Source of the DNA: Thalassobaculaceae bacterium
GTDB taxonomy: Bacteria; Pseudomonadota; Alphaproteobacteria; Thalassobaculales; Thalassobaculaceae
Length of the DNA: 64,000 nucleotides
Direction of reading: 5' to 3'
NCBI GenBank assembly: GCA_965228875.1
Contig: OZ245843.1
Span: forward strand, 3,082,616 to 3,146,615
The translations under genes were made by a program, and so were the position numbers. Below the pieces are notes generated by a model. It saw nothing but the letters and a program-made list of their open reading frames with translations, did not search any database and was not told the DNA's origin. Shown here piece after piece: positions 59,812 through 64,000 of the stretch (position 1 is the stretch's first letter; each line of letters starts with the position of its first letter).

Positions 59812-62800
59812 GACACGTCTCCATATCATCGCGCAGTTCGTAGACCCAGAAGCGCAGCACTTTCCAACCCAGGCCACGCAGCTGGTGATCTCGCCAGAGA
59901 TCTGTTGCAAGGCGATTACCGTCGACATCGGTGTGGAACGTTACCCCATCGACCTCGATATCGATCCGGACAGGCGGACTCCGCGTTTCGTCTACGAGGG
60001 CCAGATCCAGGAACCGTCCTCCGACGGGATGCTGAGCAATAGGCGAAAGTCCTCGCTTCACCAGCGCATCGTAGAGCCTTCGCTCCCACGGACTGTCGAA
60101 ACGATCGTCCCCGCTATCTTCGATTCGAGCCGCAGCTTGGCTTACTTTCCGGGCGAGCAGTTCCACATGAGAAATTCCACAGGACCTCGCAAAGTCGAGA
60201 TCCCCAAAGACGTGGCATACGGCTCGAGCGCGGCTAACCGCCACGTTCAGCAGGCGGCGCTCTTTCTGGATGAAGCTGCGAGCTCCTGCAGGCATTGTGG
60301 GGCCGAGGCACAGCGACAATAACATCACGTCGCGCTCGTCGCCCTGAAACTTGTTCGCTGTGAAAACCTTCACCGCATGTTTGTTCAGTTCCGCGGCTCC
60401 GATCTGACGCGCCGCCATCTCATTGATCGTGCGCGCTTGGAAGTCGAAGAACGTTACAACGCCGATCGTACCTTCGAAGCCTTGTTCGATAAGGACCTTC
60501 AGATGTTCGACGATTGCCTTGGCTTCGGCTTCGGATGACGCTGACCCGGTCGCTCCGCCGGTTCGCGACACAACAGGGCCGGTTACACTCGTCCAGTGCA
60601 ACCCCGATCGAAAACCACGTGGAACTCGGAGGCGGGAGACATCGGTTAATGCCGCCAGCCGCCGACCGTAAAATGCCTCATTGAAGTAGGCTGCTATCTC
60701 TGGATGGCACCGATAGTGCTCAGTGAGCATGAAACGGGCGTCGCCTGCGTAGGCCGAGGCGAGGTCAAAAAGTGTAGTTCGGCCTTGTGCATAGCGGCCG
60801 ATGCCCTCTCGAAGAAGGTCGTGACGCTGGAGGAGGTCTCGCTCTTCTCGAGGATCGAGGTTTGAAATCATCGCCAGTTGCATCGGATCACCGACGATCA
60901 CCGCGGCTCGAGCCCGGTACAACAAGGGCACCGCCGAAGCGATGTCCGTCTGCGCCGCCTCGTCGAAGATTACGTAGTCGAACATTCCGGCCTCGGCCGG
61001 AATTCGGCTGCCCGCCGCTAGCGTCGTGACGGCCCAAAGCGGAAAGTGCTTTAGGATAAGGTTCCGGGCTGGCGCCGAGAGGGTTCCGGAACCCATGAGG
61101 CTAGAATCGCCAGCTAAGTCGGTGAGGGCCTGGCGCGCCTCTGTCGTCACCGTGTCTAGGTTGTCGAGCAATGGCTCCACAAGCTTCGCGGCTTCGTCTG
61201 CTAGTTGTTGCGACACCTCGATAGGCGTCTCAGTAGCACCTTCCAATGTCTTTCTGAGTTCATCGATATGCAGTTCCACCGCTTCAAGCTCGTCTCGAAG
61301 GCTGGCCAGTTCCTTTGCCCCCTGGGCACGCGCCCAAGATTGCCCAAACGCGATTGGCCCAGGTCTTCCCCAAATCTTCGATATGAACCAACGGGAGAGC
61401 CGCGCCCAGAAGCCAGAGCTCGGTGCCGCACTCAAGACGCCTGCCTGCGAGACCTCTAGCTCCCGAAGTCTGCGCTCGGCGGCCTCCACCTTCGCTAGGA
61501 GTTCTGCGGACCTGATGGTCTCGATGCGTAATGACTGCCATTTTTCAAGCAGCGCCCACCGTCTTCGATCCAGGTCGGCTATCCGGTCATACCTTCCGCC
61601 AAATAGTCGCGCTGATTCGACATCGCCTACTCGGGTTTGCAGCGACTTAAGAGCATCGGAGAACCGAAAACCACCGAAGCCCTCTGCTTCGTTCGCTCGA
61701 ATTAGCAGCACGCGATCGCCGGTCAAATCATGCAAGCGCTCTTGCACAGCATCGAGAGCCCGATGCTGGCGGGCCGCGAACAGAACAGATTTTCCGGCCA
61801 CTGCCGCGCTCAGCATGATCGCCGCGATAACCTGCGACTTACCTGTACCCGGTGGCCCGGTGATGACCGTCAGCGGTCCCTGCAAGGCCGTCCGTGCAGA
61901 AAGAAGTTGGGATTCCCCCATGGGAAATGGATGCACTACTGGCGGCGGCGGAGCCACTTGTCCTGCCCCCCCGAAAAAGACGTCGAGTGCAGTACCGGTG
62001 AATCGCTCTTCACCTTGGGCTTGCAACACGTCGTAGTCGCCGATTGCCGAACGTGTGTAGCGGCTACCGCCGTCGACCATCAGCGTGATCGCATTGTAGT
62101 ACCCTGTCTTCGGATCGGCTGTGACGGTCGCGGGGATCGCATCGGGATCCAGTCGCTGCTGTACGCTCTTCCCAGCGGCGATCGCGAGCCGACTTGCAAA
62201 GGTTGGAATTTCAACGAAGTCAGGCGCCGCGACATCATCATCTTCCTCAAGGCCTGCCTGCTCATCTTCTAGCAGCAGCCAGCTTTTCAATCGGGCTACG
62301 TCCCAACCGCCGTACTTCTTCTGATCCCGCAACCAATCTTGAACGATCGCAGGTGGCATAGATGGAATTCGGATCTCGAGGTGGGTTTGGGTCACCAGAT
62401 ATTGGCAGCGGAACGTCGTAACCGGCCTCAGGAACGCCTGCCTCTCGGCTCCCGACGGATTGATGACATGGACCGGGTAGCCTAGAAGCAGCTTGCGTCC
62501 AACGTTCTTGGCCAGCAAAGGCTTGAAGGCCTCTGGAAGCCGTGACAGCGGGACCCGCAGTACTCGTCCGTGACTTGCGGTAGGCCACCAGGGACCATCC
62601 GGCTGCAGCAGAACAAAAGACTCGCCATTCCGCGGAATGAATTCGACTGGGGAGCCTCCATCCCCCGCCCGGAGAGCTTCCTGGTAATATGGCAACAGAC
62701 GCTTCAGCAGCGCGTGGTTGGGGGCGATCTTGCCATCGGGCACCGCATCGAGCGGATCTGAGCTTTCCCCGATATGCGCCAAGCACGGGACGGCTGCTAG

Positions 62801-63067
62801 CGTCTCGATCCCCGGTAAATCAGTTCCCGCAATTGGCGACGACGAACCAAAAGGATCGTTTCTGCGGATACGCCACTTCCTCGAGGTTCCGATCTGAACG
62901 TGACCTCGTTCGCTCAGTGAACGCAGTACGCGGACGATGTCATCCTTTCGGGCTTGGGCTCCTGCCGCCATTAGATGAGAACGTAGACGTTCAACCGTCA
63001 GACCGCGGGGCGCACCGTCGAGCAGTCGAAGCAGCTGGTCCTCTAAGGATGTGTCTAGCATCACCAT
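59780..63067 (-). CDS. SF1 (UPF1/Dna2-like) helicase with N-terminal wHTH and C-terminal Vsr/DUF559-like nuclease (CnuH-like)
   Basis: GPPGTGKS, DEAAQ, VGDPMQL, EHYRCHPEI, FQGDERD, LNVAVSRAR; FDSPWE...IEVDG..FH...RD..L..LGWKVLRFW. Confidence 0.92.
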   Translation of the reverse strand: MVMLDTSLEDQLLRLLDGAPRGLTVERLRSHLMAAGAQARKDDIVRVLRSLSERGHVQIGTSRKWRIRRNDPFGSSSPIAGTDLPGIETLAAVPCLAHIGESSDPLDAVPDGKIAPNHALLKRLLPYYQEALRAGDGGSPVEFIPRNGESFVLLQPDGPWWPTASHGRVLRVPLSRLPEAFKPLLAKNVGRKLLLGYPVHVINPSGAERQAFLRPVTTFRCQYLVTQTHLEIRIPSMPPAIVQDWLRDQKKYGGWDVARLKSWLLLEDEQAGLEEDDDVAAPDFVEIPTFASRLAIAAGKSVQQRLDPDAIPATVTADPKTGYYNAITLMVDGGSRYTRSAIGDYDVLQAQGEERFTGTALDVFFGGAGQVAPPPPVVHPFPMGESQLLSARTALQGPLTVITGPPGTGKSQVIAAIMLSAAVAGKSVLFAARQHRALDAVQERLHDLTGDRVLLIRANEAEGFGGFRFSDALKSLQTRVGDVESARLFGGRYDRIADLDRRRWALLEKWQSLRIETIRSAELLAKVEAAERRLRELEVSQAGVLSAAPSSGFWARLSRWFISKIWGRPGPIAFGQSWARAQGAKELASLRDELEAVELHIDELRKTLEGATETPIEVSQQLADEAAKLVEPLLDNLDTVTTEARQALTDLAGDSSLMGSGTLSAPARNLILKHFPLWAVTTLAAGSRIPAEAGMFDYVIFDEAAQTDIASAVPLLYRARAAVIVGDPMQLAMISNLDPREERDLLQRHDLLREGIGRYAQGRTTLFDLASAYAGDARFMLTEHYRCHPEIAAYFNEAFYGRRLAALTDVSRLRVPRGFRSGLHWTSVTGPVVSRTGGATGSASSEAEAKAIVEHLKVLIEQGFEGTIGVVTFFDFQARTINEMAARQIGAAELNKHAVKVFTANKFQGDERDVMLLSLCLGPTMPAGARSFIQKERRLLNVAVSRARAVCHVFGDLDFARSCGISHVELLARKVSQAAARIEDSGDDRFDSPWERRLYDALVKRGLSPIAQHPVGGRFLDLALVDETRSPPVRIDIEVDGVTFHTDVDGNRLATDLWRDHQLRGLGWKVLRFWVYELRDDMETCLERIEAEYRA

Positions 63068-63457
63068 CAGACTGAATCAGTCTGGGCACCCATGAATATA
63101 GGGTTCATCTAGCCCCCCCCAGGCTTGTATGAACTAGCATCAATTGCATGCCCTTCGAGAAATGGCTCTACGCGTCGCCATTTTTCGGTTTTATCGGATT
63201 TAATCAGTGTACAACCTAACCCATGTCGATTGTCGTCGGGAGAGGGTAAGTGACTCGAGCATGTGACAGTACGCACATCAACTGATTGGGGTTGAGATCA
63301 GATCGAGCAGGCTCAGACCACTCGCAGATATTTTCTGGAATTGCTACGGGCAGCGCCCTGAACGAACCGAAGGGACCAAGGTCCATATTTGGCCGCAGCA
63401 ACACACCTGCAAGTTGAGAGGTCTTTCCTCGCGTGCTTCAATCCAACCCTCAGGGGT

Positions 63458-64000
63458 ATGGGAAGTTTCATGATCAGCGCAGGTAGGCGATACGCGAACC
63501 TTCGAAGGCAGGCCTATTTGGCATTGTCACCGCGATCAATCTGCGGCGAGAGGCTATCCTGGGTAAATCGTGTCATCGCCAGTCTGATACTCTTCTCGAT
63601 CCTCATTGCCATCTTCGAAAGTGAGCCATCGATCGATCATGAGTTCGGCTACGGCTTCTTCCTGTTGGAAGTCGGGATAACGAGCGCGTTCGCGATTGAA
63701 TACGCCGCCCGGGTCTGGGCGAGCGTCGAAGATCCCAAGTTTGGGCCAGGCCTCAATGGGCGGTTGCGATACTGCATCTCTCCTGCAGCATTGCTCGATC
63801 TGCTGGCCATCACACCACTGTTCTTGAGCATGGCAGGCAGCGAAGCCTTTATGTTTCGTCTTCTCAGGTTGCTCAGAATCCTGCGGTTGGCGAAGCTTGG
63901 CCGATATTCCACTGCGATGTCTGCGATCGTGGACGCGATCCGCTCCCGACGGTACGAACTCGCGGCCAGTGTTGCATGTGCTGCCGTCCTCCTGCTGATT
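63458..64000 (+). CDS. Voltage-gated potassium channel/ion transporter, runs off the window (absent from ORF track)
   Basis: Manual translation: FAIEYAARVW, LLDLLAI, S4-like FRLLRLLRILRLAKLGRY. Confidence 0.88.
   Translation, partial: MGSFMISAGRRYANLRRQAYLALSPRSICGERLSWVNRVIASLILFSILIAIFESEPSIDHEFGYGFFLLEVGITSAFAIEYAARVWASVEDPKFGPGLNGRLRYCISPAALLDLLAITPLFLSMAGSEAFMFRLLRLLRILRLAKLGRYSTAMSAIVDAIRSRRYELAASVACAAVLLLI

Larger units (their letters stand above)
27848..64000. mobile_element. Tn7-like transposon/genomic island (tnsABC plus two tniQ) with defence cargo; other end not found in the window
   Basis: End structure, tnsA-B-C operon, lower GC, accessory cargo; right boundary uncertain. Confidence 0.75.

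Noticed and set aside
63649..63912. 87-aa minus-strand ORF
   Set aside because: Antisense to the clear potassium channel gene on the plus strand

Overview
This is a high-GC alphaproteobacterial (probably Rhodospirillales-like; inferred) chromosome window in three blocks. (1) 1-9.9 kb is host DNA: a queuosine operon (yhhQ-like transporter, queA, tgt, queG) and a five-gene catabolic operon (duplicated-domain protein, FAH hydrolase, hypothetical, hydantoinase/oxoprolinase A and B). (2) 9.9-27.7 kb on the minus strand is an apparently intact, host-like-GC siphovirus head-tail cluster. It holds TerS, an RcGTA-like TerL, DUF4055 portal, scaffold, P22-gp5-type capsid, neck, tail tube, a frameshifting tail chaperone, a 1163-aa tape measure, tail-tip genes and small membrane proteins. 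No integrase, repressor, replication or endolysin gene is visible, so it is a candidate gene-transfer-agent-like element of non-RcGTA architecture. (3) From about 27848 to the end of the window is a lower-GC Tn7-like element. It has a TGT end with TnsB-site-like repeats, tnsA-tnsB-tnsC, two tniQ genes, a second degenerate tnsA, and no cas genes or CRISPR array. Its cargo includes a RES-Xre toxin-antitoxin pair, candidate DNA glycosylases, IS110 and mucR relics, and an eight-gene defence operon: a type III CoCoNuT-like core (SF1 helicase-Vsr, membrane coiled coil, coiled-coil McrB GTPase, DUF2357 McrC-like, Hsp70-like) extended by two HNH nucleases and a large membrane/nuclease-like protein. 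A potassium channel gene runs off the right edge. All family assignments come from motif recognition by eye, not database searches.
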